DNA from: Saprospiraceae bacterium
GTDB taxonomy: Bacteria; Bacteroidota; Bacteroidia; Chitinophagales; Saprospiraceae
Reading direction: 5' to 3'
NCBI GenBank assembly: GCA_040004485.1
Contig: JBDUAU010000326.1
Location: 1-45,262 of the forward strand
Length of the DNA: 45,262 nucleotides
Shown here: in pieces, positions 29,053 through 38,477 of the stretch
Layout of the letters: each line of letters begins with the position of its first letter
How positions within the stretch are numbered: position 1 is the stretch's first letter
Made by a program: the position numbers and the translations under genes
Notes under the pieces: model-generated
The model's input: only the letters and a program-made list of their open reading frames with translations
Told to the model about the DNA's origin: nothing
Database searches by the model: none

Positions 29053-29282
29053 TAGAAGTTCATTTAATTCCTTTGACCATCATGTACTAATATTTCTGAG
29101 TACCTGATACAAAGATGGAAGGCAGAAGGGGGGAAATCGTTACACAATTTCGGCTATTTGTTATACGTAGAAGAAGGAGGGGAATGATGCCAATGAAGTT
29201 GAGTTCTCAGTCAACACAGAAGTGTATGCTTCAATAATGAATGCTCAAAGAAGATTGCTCAGAATTCAGAATTTTCATTTGA

Positions 29283-31502
29283 TCAGGACTCAGCGGGGAA
29301 AAAAACATGAAATTGAGACCCTTCATCCGGCTGGCTTTCTGCTGAAATAAATCCATTATGGTTTTCTACAATCTTCTTACAGATCGCAAGACCAATACCT
29401 GTACCGGAATATTCAGATTTATCATGAAGCCGTTGAAACAGGGTAAAAATAGTTTCAGCATATTTCTGTTCAAACCCAATACCATTATCTGTAATTGTTA
29501 TCAGGTGATATTTCCCCGGACCGGATAATGAGGCGACGTGCACTTTGTCAGCATCGATGAGGGAGCTGCTGATGGAAATAATTGGGTTGACTTTTGTGTT
29601 GCTGTATTTTAAAGAATTATCTATAAGATTTGTAAATAGTTGTTCAATCTGGAAAGGGATTACCCTGATTGTAGGTAAGTGTTCAATCTTTATTTCAGCC
29701 TTTCTTTCTTCGAGTGTAGGTTTTAATTCATCCAATACTGTAGATAATAAAGAATTAAGATCAGTACGGATAAAAACTTTATCTGTCTTGTTGGTGTGCG
29801 TATACGTGATCAGGTCATCAATAAGTTGCTGCATTCTGCCTGCTGAAGAACTTATACGGGCAAAGTATTCTTTTCCTTTTTCAGAAATGTGCTCCGAGTC
29901 CTCCCTGGTGATCCTGGAAATAAATGTCTGGATCTTACGCAAAGGTTCCTGTAAGTCATGGCTAGCTATATGGTTGAATGAAGCTATTTCTTCATTACTG
30001 GCCAGCAATTCGATATTCTTTTTTTCGATACTCCTGTTGTATTCTAAAAGACGCTCTTCAGCTTTTTTCTGAGTAGTAAGATCGCGTGTCACTTTGGTAA
30101 ATCCAATTATCTTATTGTTTTCGTCATGCAGTGATGTGATGACGACATTGCCCCAGAATTTGGTTCCGTCCTTGCGAACTCTCCAACCGGCATGAATAGC
30201 TCTTCCGTTGTTTCTGGCATCTGCCAAAAACTGCTCGGGCAATCTTCGTTCAATGTCCTCTTTTGGATAAAAAACATCGAAGGATTTTCCAACGATTTCT
30301 TCTTCTGTATATCCTTTGATTTTTTCAGCTCCTTTATTCCAGTTTTGAATTATTCCATTACTATCTAAAAGTATGATGGCATAATCCTGCACTTCACTCA
30401 CCATTAAATGATACCGGTCTTCACTTTTTTTAAGCTCCAAATTTTTACCTATAAATCGCTCATTCATGATTACGGTGTCTGTAATGTCCTGAAAGGTTCC
30501 TATTAAAACACGGTTATCTTCCTGTTCGATAAATTTCCCGCTGGTTTTGAAATACCGGAGTTGGTTGTCTTTCCTTAGCACTTTATACGTCGAAGGGATA
30601 AAGGTTCCGGATTTATATATTCCGGTTGATTCCTTGATCGCACGATCTCTATCATCGGGATGAATAAACTTTAAGAAATCTTCCAGAATGGGGGCAAATT
30701 CGTGAGGAGAATAGCCCAGCATTTTAAAAAGATTGTCGGAATATTTTATTTCCCGTGTATGCAGATCCCAAAGAAAACTCCCAATGTGGGCTGTTTCTTC
30801 AGCGTGATTGAAAATACTATTTTGTTTGCGGAGCTCATTATTACTAAGCATCGCTTGTGTATTGGCTTTTTTTAAATCGATTCTGTCCCGTGAAATTTTA
30901 TAAAATGAAAAAATAAAAATCAGAATGGCAAACAGGATAACTACCAAATAGGTGATAGGTGTAAACATGATATCTGCCCGATAAGTATATTTCCATATCA
31001 TCAGCATTTCCTTTTCATTCTCTATCATGGAATTGATTTGCAAGCGGATCTTTTCCATGGCCTGAATTCCTTCGTCCATTTTATTTAGTAGTGAATCAGA
31101 TATTATGGCCTTTTCACCCGCCAAACGTAAGGAGGTCTCAAGAATGGATCGTCTCAGTGCAATCAATCCGAATAGTGTATCCATCGTGATTTGCCGGGAT
31201 TTCAACCCGGCGATCAGCCCTTTCAATTTATCCATGGAACGCTGCATGGCCTTCCCTGAAGAAAATAAATTCCGGAGATAAGTTGTGTCCTTTGTGATTA
31301 TATATCCGCGTTGTGCGCTTTCGGCGTCTTTGAGTAAAGAGAAGAGATTCTCTAATTCAAGATTGACATCATAGGAGTGGCTTATCAGGCGTTCTGATGC
31401 CTTAAGAGATTCTATCTGCCTGAAGGCAATACTTCCGAAAAATAAAAGGACAAACAGGGCTATCACGAAAATACCCGAAAGCAGGCGAGAGGAAATTTTC
31501 AC
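29283..31502 (-). CDS. sensor histidine kinase (CHASE3 - TM - 2 PAS - HisKA - HATPase)
   Basis: CHASE3-like N-terminus (SHSYDVNLELENL..AESAQRGYIIT), PAS segments, H-box HIASHDLQEPLRKI, and G-boxes DNGIGF and GTGIGLAICKKIV. GTG start. Confidence 0.85.
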   Translation of the reverse strand: MKISSRLLSGIFVIALFVLLFFGSIAFRQIESLKASERLISHSYDVNLELENLFSLLKDAESAQRGYIITKDTTYLRNLFSSGKAMQRSMDKLKGLIAGLKSRQITMDTLFGLIALRRSILETSLRLAGEKAIISDSLLNKMDEGIQAMEKIRLQINSMIENEKEMLMIWKYTYRADIMFTPITYLVVILFAILIFIFSFYKISRDRIDLKKANTQAMLSNNELRKQNSIFNHAEETAHIGSFLWDLHTREIKYSDNLFKMLGYSPHEFAPILEDFLKFIHPDDRDRAIKESTGIYKSGTFIPSTYKVLRKDNQLRYFKTSGKFIEQEDNRVLIGTFQDITDTVIMNERFIGKNLELKKSEDRYHLMVSEVQDYAIILLDSNGIIQNWNKGAEKIKGYTEEEIVGKSFDVFYPKEDIERRLPEQFLADARNNGRAIHAGWRVRKDGTKFWGNVVITSLHDENNKIIGFTKVTRDLTTQKKAEERLLEYNRSIEKKNIELLASNEEIASFNHIASHDLQEPLRKIQTFISRITREDSEHISEKGKEYFARISSSAGRMQQLIDDLITYTHTNKTDKVFIRTDLNSLLSTVLDELKPTLEERKAEIKIEHLPTIRVIPFQIEQLFTNLIDNSLKYSNTKVNPIISISSSLIDADKVHVASLSGPGKYHLITITDNGIGFEQKYAETIFTLFQRLHDKSEYSGTGIGLAICKKIVENHNGFISAESQPDEGSQFHVFFPAES

Positions 31503-31527
31503 GTCATATCCTTTTTTAATTACCCAA

Positions 31528-31974
31528 TCAAATACTTAATACAAAGTTCTCCCGATTAAGATCTGAGTTATGGTATTGCCAATTGATTGTAATTACATCT
31601 TCGAGTACTGTCACGAGGGAAGCAAAATCATTTGGTTTTTTAATATAGACGTTGGCGCCTTTGATAAATGTATCTTCTATATCGCTTTCTGAGGCAGAAG
31701 TTGAATAAATGGCGACGGAAAGATTTTTTAATTTAGTGCTGTTTCTGATTTCCCGCAGACATTCAATTCCGCCTTTCCTGGGCATATTAAGGTCGAGAAA
31801 AACAATCCCCGGATAATCACATTCGTCCTGTAGTAAATAATCCATTAGCTGGATTCCGTCTTTCACCATCGTAAGCCTGGTCTTGATCCTGACCTCTTCA
31901 AGAGCATCTTTAAAGATCATACGATCATCCTCATCATCATCCGCAAGAAGAACATGCAAAGGAGACTGATTCAT
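31528..31974 (-). CDS. single-domain response regulator (receiver)
   Basis: VLLADDDEDD..., phospho-acceptor context VFLDLNMP, and KKP near the C-terminus. Confidence 0.85.
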   Translation of the reverse strand: MNQSPLHVLLADDDEDDRMIFKDALEEVRIKTRLTMVKDGIQLMDYLLQDECDYPGIVFLDLNMPRKGGIECLREIRNSTKLKNLSVAIYSTSASESDIEDTFIKGANVYIKKPNDFASLVTVLEDVITINWQYHNSDLNRENFVLSI

Positions 31975-32028
31975 AAAAGTTTTTGGTTAAGGACTGGGTT
32001 AAAATTGTTATTCTTTTTTATGCTTTAC

Positions 32029-32592
32029 TTATGATGTCTGATCTGATTGTATTCGCCTCATTTTTATAATCCGTTGGAAGGCCGTTGGGGTAATGCCTGT
32101 CGTTTTTTTAAATTGATTTGAAAGATGTTGTACACTGCTATAGTTCAGCTTCCACGCGACTTCCGTAAGTGTCAGATTTGCATTTAATATCAATTGTTTT
32201 GCTCTTTCTATTTTTTGGAGGATAATGAAATTCTCTATGGATGTGTATGTCACATCAGAGAATAACTTCGAAATATGCCCATAGCTGTAATTAAGTTTTT
32301 GGGCCAGATAGTCAGAAAATTTGGCTGATGAAGACTTCTCATCCATATTGACAAGTTCAATAATGGTATCCTTGATCTTTTGTACGAAGATAATTTTCTG
32401 ATCATCGAGCAGCTCGATTCCATATTTTCTCAGGGATACATTTATCTCATCCTGCTGTGTAATTGTAACTGAGTCCTGAAATTCTACCTCTCCAAGGGTA
32501 TTGAGCTCAAACGGTATTCCCAATTTTTCCAACTGTTCCTGCAAAACCATTTTACAAACAGTCACCATATCGAACCTTACGTGTAGTTTCAT
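32029..32592 (-). CDS. AraC/XylS family transcriptional regulator
   Basis: C-terminal HTH pair: LAQKLNYSYGHISKLFSDV... and VAWKLNYSSVQHLSNQFKKTTGITPTAFQ. Confidence 0.8.
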   Translation of the reverse strand: MKLHVRFDMVTVCKMVLQEQLEKLGIPFELNTLGEVEFQDSVTITQQDEINVSLRKYGIELLDDQKIIFVQKIKDTIIELVNMDEKSSSAKFSDYLAQKLNYSYGHISKLFSDVTYTSIENFIILQKIERAKQLILNANLTLTEVAWKLNYSSVQHLSNQFKKTTGITPTAFQRIIKMRRIQSDQTS

Positions 32593-32819
32593 AAAAAAAG
32601 AGAGTACGTTTTAACTAAGCCCGATCAATCCTATCAGTATCGTTGCCATCTGCCTTTTATGAATGCTAATATATAAATCGAATTTCTTGTTATAGCGTTT
32701 TCAACATATCTGTTAAAAAAAATATTTATGTTTTTTTCGTATTCCTGCTGAAAGAACCAAGATAGGATAAATTTTCCCTCTTTATTTCTTTTCGCAAAAA
32801 CGTACTAAGGTATTTCCTC

Positions 32820-34070
32820 ATGCATTTTGGTTTTGATTACCTTCATCTTATGACATCTGTTGCCTATATCACTCCAAATTTTACTGCCAATGCCGTGCGC
32901 TTTATTGATGCCCTGGCGGGGCTATACGACATTCGACTTGTAATCATCAGCCAGGAATCCGCTTCATTGCTACCACCCTGGCAACAAAGCCGCATTTCCA
33001 CATCACGACAGATACCCGATGTGTTTAATTCCGGAGCATTGACCGCTGTGCTCGCTGAAGTACAAAAGAAGGTCGGGCGTTTTCATCGCCTTTTGGGGGC
33101 TACCGAACAATTGCAGGTCCCCCTGGCAGAGGCCCGAAAAGTACTATGTATAGACGGAATGGATGTTGATACAGCCCAAAATTTTAGAGATAAATCCCGC
33201 ATGAAGCACCTCTTTGAAGAGGCCGGAATTCCATGTGCAAAACATGCTCTTGTCACGAGGTTACAGGAGGCTTTTGCTTTTGTCCAAAAATGTCCTTATC
33301 CGCTTGTAGTCAAACCTGTGGCCGGAGCCGGATCGCAAACGACATTCCGGGTCAATAACGATAGTGAAATGCAATCTGCATTTCAGGCTATCGGACAAAA
33401 ATCGGCGGAAGGTGTTGTCATCGAAGAATTCATCCTGGGTGAGGAATTCTCTTTAGACACATTTTCATTGAATGGCAAAATAGCAGGTCAGACGATCAAC
33501 CACTATATACCAACACCTCTTGAGGTGATGTCAAATCCATGGATACAGTGGCGGGTTATCCTTCGAAAAGAAATTACGGGCAAGGCTTTTGATGATATAA
33601 GGGCTGCAGGACAAAAAGCAATTGATACACTTGGTATGAAAACCGGTTTGAGCCACATGGAATGGTTCAGGAGAAAAAATGGCAGCATTGCGATTTCTGA
33701 AATTGCAGCCCGTCCGCCAGGTGCACAGTTTCCAACACTTATTTCACGGGCATGTGATTTTGATGTTATTCTGGCGTGGGCCCGTCTCATGATATACGAT
33801 GAAGTAGATATCCCTAAAATAAAGTACGCGAGTGGTGCTGCTTATTTGCGAGGACAGGGTCATGGCAAAGTAGCCAGGGTCACCGGTCTGGAAGCTATAA
33901 GATCAAAATACAATGATATCATCACCGATGTCAAAATTCCAAAACCCGGACAGGAAGCATCTCCCAGCTATGAAGGGGAAGGATTTATCATCCTGCGTCA
34001 TACGGATACAAAAATCGTGGAAGATGCGCTAAGGGATATTGTTGAGAATGTGCGTGTAGACCTTGAATGA
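32820..34070 (+). CDS. ATP-grasp domain-containing protein, substrate unknown
   Basis: ATP-grasp core: DKSRMKHLFEEAGIPCAKH, YPLVVKPVAGAGSQ, VIEEFILGEEFS and HMEWF. The start may be the ATG at 32850. Confidence 0.7.
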   Translation: MHFGFDYLHLMTSVAYITPNFTANAVRFIDALAGLYDIRLVIISQESASLLPPWQQSRISTSRQIPDVFNSGALTAVLAEVQKKVGRFHRLLGATEQLQVPLAEARKVLCIDGMDVDTAQNFRDKSRMKHLFEEAGIPCAKHALVTRLQEAFAFVQKCPYPLVVKPVAGAGSQTTFRVNNDSEMQSAFQAIGQKSAEGVVIEEFILGEEFSLDTFSLNGKIAGQTINHYIPTPLEVMSNPWIQWRVILRKEITGKAFDDIRAAGQKAIDTLGMKTGLSHMEWFRRKNGSIAISEIAARPPGAQFPTLISRACDFDVILAWARLMIYDEVDIPKIKYASGAAYLRGQGHGKVARVTGLEAIRSKYNDIITDVKIPKPGQEASPSYEGEGFIILRHTDTKIVEDALRDIVENVRVDLE

Positions 34071-35158
34071 TGAGCGAGCGTTTTTATGGTGAGACACCGG
34101 AAGGAATTCCTGTGACAGAATATACGCTGGACAATAATCAGGGTATCGAAATCAAGATTATCAATTACGGATGTACTATTACTTCCTTAATCGTGCCTGA
34201 TCGTGATGGCCACCCGGATGACATCGTATTGGGGTTTGATGCATTGGAAGGCTACATGGCTTCTACTCACTATTTCGGTTCTATCATAGGGAGGTTTGCT
34301 AATCGAATCGCAGATGGAAGCTTTGTCCTTGATGGGCAGGAATATAAGGTTGCCAAAAATCTCAACCATCATCATCTGCATGGCGGCATCAAAGGATTTG
34401 ATAAAGTCGTATGGCAATCACACGAGTTTGAAAATGAGGAAGGTGTTGGCGTTGAATTACAATACCTGAGTCCTGATGGAGAGGAGGGTTATCCGGGAAA
34501 TCTATCCGTCCATATTCTGTATTTTTTAAATCAAAGAAATGAGATCACACTGGATTACAAGGCTATTACAGATAAAAAAACAATTATTAATCTGACGCAG
34601 CACTCGTATTTCAATCTTAATGGTGGCAGAGAAAATATTCTTCGGCATGAGTTGCTGATCAATTCCGATCATTTTCTTTCATTGGATAAAACGATGATCC
34701 CGACAGGAGAATTGACAGGTGATTTGAAAGATGTACCCGGCACTCCATTTAATTTTGGGATTTTTAAAATGATTGGACGAGATATTAACAGCAAGGATCC
34801 TCGACTTGAAAATGCTCATGGATATGATCATATGTGGGTCCTGGATAAACAAGCTGATGAATTGGCACACGCTGCAACCTTGTACGAACCGTCTACCGGA
34901 AGAGCCCTTGAAGTGTATACCACAGAACCGGGTTTGCAATTATATACAGGTAATTTTCTTGATGACAAAAAAGGAAAAAACGGAAGTGTCTATGGACCCT
35001 ATTCGGGGCTCTGTCTTGAAACGCAACACTTTCCAGACTCGCCCCATCACCCTGAATTTCCTTCGGTGGAATTGAAACCGGGTGATGAGTATAGGTCTCG
35101 AACGGTGTGGAAGTTTTCGGTGCGCGATAGCAGCACTCATCCTATTCGTGAGACATGA
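34067..35158 (+). CDS. galM: aldose 1-epimerase (galactose mutarotase)
   Basis: GRFANRIADGSF.LDG..Y....N...HLHGG.KGFDKVVW, plus TQHSYFNL and ETQHFPDSP. Confidence 0.9.
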   Translation: MMSERFYGETPEGIPVTEYTLDNNQGIEIKIINYGCTITSLIVPDRDGHPDDIVLGFDALEGYMASTHYFGSIIGRFANRIADGSFVLDGQEYKVAKNLNHHHLHGGIKGFDKVVWQSHEFENEEGVGVELQYLSPDGEEGYPGNLSVHILYFLNQRNEITLDYKAITDKKTIINLTQHSYFNLNGGRENILRHELLINSDHFLSLDKTMIPTGELTGDLKDVPGTPFNFGIFKMIGRDINSKDPRLENAHGYDHMWVLDKQADELAHAATLYEPSTGRALEVYTTEPGLQLYTGNFLDDKKGKNGSVYGPYSGLCLETQHFPDSPHHPEFPSVELKPGDEYRSRTVWKFSVRDSSTHPIRET

Positions 35159-35168
35159 GACGTGAGAC
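35148..35168. repeat. heptamer tract GTGAGAC ATGAGAC GTGAGAC
   Basis: Read directly. The galM stop TGA (35156-35158) lies inside the second unit. Confidence 0.9.
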
Positions 35169-35190
35169 CAGAATTTCTTTTGGAAATGTT

Positions 35191-35250
35191 TCAAATTTAT
35201 TAAAGAGTAGGGACAGGTCGCGACATGTCCCTACTCTTCAATAAATTTGA
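35191..35250. terminator. 60-nt near-perfect palindrome (GTAGGGAC core) between convergent genes, bidirectional terminator candidate
   Basis: TCAAATTTATTAAAGAGTAGGGACAGGTCG / CGACATGTCCCTACTCTTCAATAAATTTGA. About 28 of 30 arm positions pair. Confidence 0.65.
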
Positions 35251-35261
35251 AATGTCTTTGA

Positions 35262-37040
35262 TTACAGGCTTACAATTTTGATTTCTACGCGTTGATTTTT
35301 TCGCCGGCCATCGACAGTTTGATTTGTAGCGATGGGTTGACGTTTTCCGTAGCCTTTGTAGGAGATCTGTGCTTGTGGTATACCCCTGCCGTAGAGGTAT
35401 AGTGCAATGTTTTTGGCACGTGAAGTTGAAAGTCGATCGCAATATTCATCATCGGGCAGACTGTTCGTGTGACCACCGATTTCGATGATGACTTTGTTGT
35501 TATTTTTCAAAAATTCATATATCTCCTCCAGCACCCCAAAAGAAGTCGGTTGAATGGTAGAGCTGTCTGCTGCAAAATATAGTTTGTCAACCCTGATCGT
35601 TTCCCCTAGTGTAAGTGTGGAAATGTCAAGCGATTTTAAAACCTTATCTGCTTCAATCGTTATATTTCCATTTGCAATGCATCCGTTAGCATCGATGATT
35701 CTCGCTGTATGTAATCCCTCCGTTAGTGTCGTTGCTTCTAATGTAGTTTCACCATTCTTCCACAATACCGAGTAAGGTTCAGCACCTCCGTTAACAATCA
35801 ATAATGCCTTGCCATCCGCTGCTAATTTATCTGAAGAGTTTGCTTCTGATTTGACTGTCACTGACATTTCCGGTGATGCAGAAACGATTCCGCTGGCGTG
35901 TGTTGATTTACCTGATCCATCGGTGAGTGTTACCTGGTACAGACCAGGAGGCAGACCGGTGATCTCCTGCTCAGTAGAGCCCTGGTAATTCCATTTATAC
36001 GAATAAGGAGGTTTGCCACCTGAGGCCTTGACGCTGACATGACCTGTCAACATCCCAATACACACAGGTGTCGATTTCACTTCTACTGTTGCTGCTAGTT
36101 CATCAGACTCGACGACAGGCGCAGCGATAACTGTTGTGTCTTCGATGATTTTGGCCATACCCAAATCACCGGCTATCCAGACATTCTTACCGGGACCTTG
36201 AGCCAAAAGTATCATCGGTTCACTGGCGCCATCTCTGTTCATGCTGATGATTTTTTCCTTGTAGGGATCATATTTCACAAGGATATCTGAGGCGATGTAG
36301 ATGAGGCCCTGACCATCAGAGGACAATGCACGTACTTTTCCCTGGCCCAGATCTTTCCCTGCTTCAATAGGGTACCATATGTTATACGAATCGACAAGCC
36401 ACATGTTTTGACTTGCGGCCATCCAGGCGCCTTCGGAAGTAGATGTTATGGCCGTAATGGCCTGTTCCGGTTCGTATAATTTCCATTTCTTTCCGGAGAC
36501 TCGGACGACACCATTGTCTGTTCCTATCCATCTGACATTGAATGGATCTGTGTGAATAAAATTGATCTTATTACTTAACAATACACCGTCATCTGTGGTA
36601 TAATGTTTTACGATTTTCTCTTGTGGAATGGAGAGGGTATAGACACCATTTGTCGTTCCGACCCAGATTGTTGATTTGGTCACATCCATACATGTGGCGC
36701 CCACTTTCTGATCGAGCATCAGCACTTTACCTGAAGTTGTAAACCGGACTGAGCCATCGTCTACCAGCATAATGAGTCCCGAATCATTGGTCCAGTCGAT
36801 ATCCATAATATGGGTTCCGGCGGACATAGGTTGCGCTTTGTTGCTGTTCGAAGGGATCATAAATACATCAGCGCTTGTGGCTACATAGATATTCCCTGAA
36901 TTGTCATGTGTGATCGCCCTGTATTCGGTATGTGCCGGAATGCCTTCAATACGTTGTACGGCTTTCAGTTGCTGGCTACACAGCATGGATACGTGTAGGA
37001 TACAAAATGTGGTAAGAAAAATATATTTGATGTGCTTCAT
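35262..37040 (-). CDS. OmpA-family protein with N-terminal beta-propeller (Reg_prop-like) and SprB-type repeats
   Basis: Signal peptide; propeller repeats (IWVGTTNGVYTL, RWIGTDNGVVRV); GGKPPYSYKWN and GGAEPYSVLW repeats. C-terminal OmpA_C: GHTNSLPDDEYCDRLSTSRAKNIALYL...RRKNQRVEIKIV. Confidence 0.8.
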   Translation of the reverse strand: MKHIKYIFLTTFCILHVSMLCSQQLKAVQRIEGIPAHTEYRAITHDNSGNIYVATSADVFMIPSNSNKAQPMSAGTHIMDIDWTNDSGLIMLVDDGSVRFTTSGKVLMLDQKVGATCMDVTKSTIWVGTTNGVYTLSIPQEKIVKHYTTDDGVLLSNKINFIHTDPFNVRWIGTDNGVVRVSGKKWKLYEPEQAITAITSTSEGAWMAASQNMWLVDSYNIWYPIEAGKDLGQGKVRALSSDGQGLIYIASDILVKYDPYKEKIISMNRDGASEPMILLAQGPGKNVWIAGDLGMAKIIEDTTVIAAPVVESDELAATVEVKSTPVCIGMLTGHVSVKASGGKPPYSYKWNYQGSTEQEITGLPPGLYQVTLTDGSGKSTHASGIVSASPEMSVTVKSEANSSDKLAADGKALLIVNGGAEPYSVLWKNGETTLEATTLTEGLHTARIIDANGCIANGNITIEADKVLKSLDISTLTLGETIRVDKLYFAADSSTIQPTSFGVLEEIYEFLKNNNKVIIEIGGHTNSLPDDEYCDRLSTSRAKNIALYLYGRGIPQAQISYKGYGKRQPIATNQTVDGRRKNQRVEIKIVSL

Positions 37041-37055
37041 TATGGCCCAATGTTA

Positions 37056-37063
37056 CAAAAATA
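37056..37063 (-). promoter_or_regulatory. -7 promoter box TATTTTTG (minus strand)
   Basis: Plus strand reads CAAAAATA, 16 nt upstream of the OmpA-family ATG. Confidence 0.4.
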
Positions 37064-37176
37064 GTGCTAAGGATGTTTAACGCTGGAAAGGCCTTCCAGA
37101 GTTTACAGGGAGCTCAGACTGTTGATTTTGCAATAAATTACATCTTGAAATAGATTGAGAAGCAAAATCTAAGGGT

Positions 37177-38337
37177 ATGAAACGAAAAATAAGGATGGGA
37201 ATGGTTGGAGGCGGAAGGGGAGCGTTTATTGGAGCTGTGCATAGGATGGCGGCAGCACTGGATGGTCAGATCGAACTGGTATGCGGCGCATTCAGCAGTG
37301 ATCCGCAAAGATCGAAAGCCAGTGGAGCGGATCTATTCCTTTCTCCGGACAGATGTTATGATGACTATGAAGCGATGATCCTTACAGAAGCTGCTTTACC
37401 TCCGGATAAAAGAATTGATCTGGTGGCTATTGTAACGCCTAATCATATGCATTTTGGTCCTGCGATGATGGCGTTGGAGTCGGGATTTCATGTGATCTGT
37501 GATAAGCCACTTTGTATAACTTTGGATGCGGCGAAACAACTTCAGGCTAAAGTCAAATCAACCGGACTGATCTTCGCTGTGACCCATGCTTACACTGGTT
37601 ATCCCATGGTCAAACAGGCTAAGATGATGATCGCCGGAGGTGAATTAGGTGAGATCAGAAGAATAGTGGTAGAGTATCCGCAAGGATGGTTGAGCACCGC
37701 GCTGGAGCTGACCGATCAAAAGCAGGCTTCGTGGCGAACAGATCCCTCTAAGTCGGGTGCAGCTGGAGCGATGGGTGATATCGGGACACATGCAGAAAAT
37801 CTGGCGGAGTATGTCACCGGACTGCATATCGATGAGATTTGTGCTGATCTGTATTCACATATTCCGGGAAGGGTTTTGGATGATGATGGGAGTGTATTGT
37901 TGCGGATGAGTAATGGAGCGCGGGGAGTGTTGTATGCAAGCCAGATATCCGCTGGAGAAGAAAATAATTTGCGCCTTCGTGTCTATGGAGAAAAAGGAAG
38001 TATTGATTGGTCGCAGATGGAGCCTAATTCGCTTATGGTAAGATGGCTTGATAAATCAATGGAAGTCATTCGGACAGGTGTCGGGAATCTATATCCGCAA
38101 ACACAAAAACATACACGCGTTCCGGCAGGCCATCCGGAGGGATATCTTGAGGCATTTGCAAATATTTACCGCAATGTAGCCTATACTATACAATCAAGAA
38201 TTGAAGGATTGGATGTTGATCCTGACTTAGATTTTCCAACTATTGATGATGGAGTGCGAGGAATGGAATTTATTGATACGGTGGTGAGATCGGGGAAGCA
38301 GGATGAAAGGAAGTGGTATAAAGTGACTAGTGAATGA
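37177..38337 (+). CDS. Gfo/Idh/MocA family oxidoreductase
   Basis: Rossmann start IRMGMVGGGRGAFIG, EKP-type motif CDKPL, and the family C-terminal alpha/beta domain. Confidence 0.85.
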   Translation: MKRKIRMGMVGGGRGAFIGAVHRMAAALDGQIELVCGAFSSDPQRSKASGADLFLSPDRCYDDYEAMILTEAALPPDKRIDLVAIVTPNHMHFGPAMMALESGFHVICDKPLCITLDAAKQLQAKVKSTGLIFAVTHAYTGYPMVKQAKMMIAGGELGEIRRIVVEYPQGWLSTALELTDQKQASWRTDPSKSGAAGAMGDIGTHAENLAEYVTGLHIDEICADLYSHIPGRVLDDDGSVLLRMSNGARGVLYASQISAGEENNLRLRVYGEKGSIDWSQMEPNSLMVRWLDKSMEVIRTGVGNLYPQTQKHTRVPAGHPEGYLEAFANIYRNVAYTIQSRIEGLDVDPDLDFPTIDDGVRGMEFIDTVVRSGKQDERKWYKVTSE

Positions 38338-38404
38338 GCTACACTCAACCAGAGTTGGGGGCGTGATAAAATTAATGAGTAGGGAGGATAGAATGCAACC
38401 TTTC

Positions 38405-38430
38405 GGGAGACGTGAGATGTGAGAAATGAG
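38405..38430. repeat. degenerate heptamer tract GGGAGAC GTGAGAT GTGAGAA ATGAG
   Basis: Read directly, 68 nt after the oxidoreductase stop. GAG is kept at a 7-nt phase four times. Confidence 0.8.
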
Positions 38431-38477
38431 TTTTTATTCGATCGTACTCTGGATTCAGTTTTTATAGAGATACACTT

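Noticed and set aside
29053-29282. 40-codon plus-strand ORF (MEGRRGEIV...) in the spacer between the kinase gene and the stress island
   Set aside because: It is Arg-rich low-complexity with no supporting motif or promoter box, and is more likely promoter/terminator space.
35200-35476. ORFs 35200-35442 and 35285-35476 (minus strand)
   Set aside because: They overlap the conserved OmpA_C domain frame of the 592-aa gene, and one starts inside the 60-nt palindrome. These are alternative-frame artefacts.
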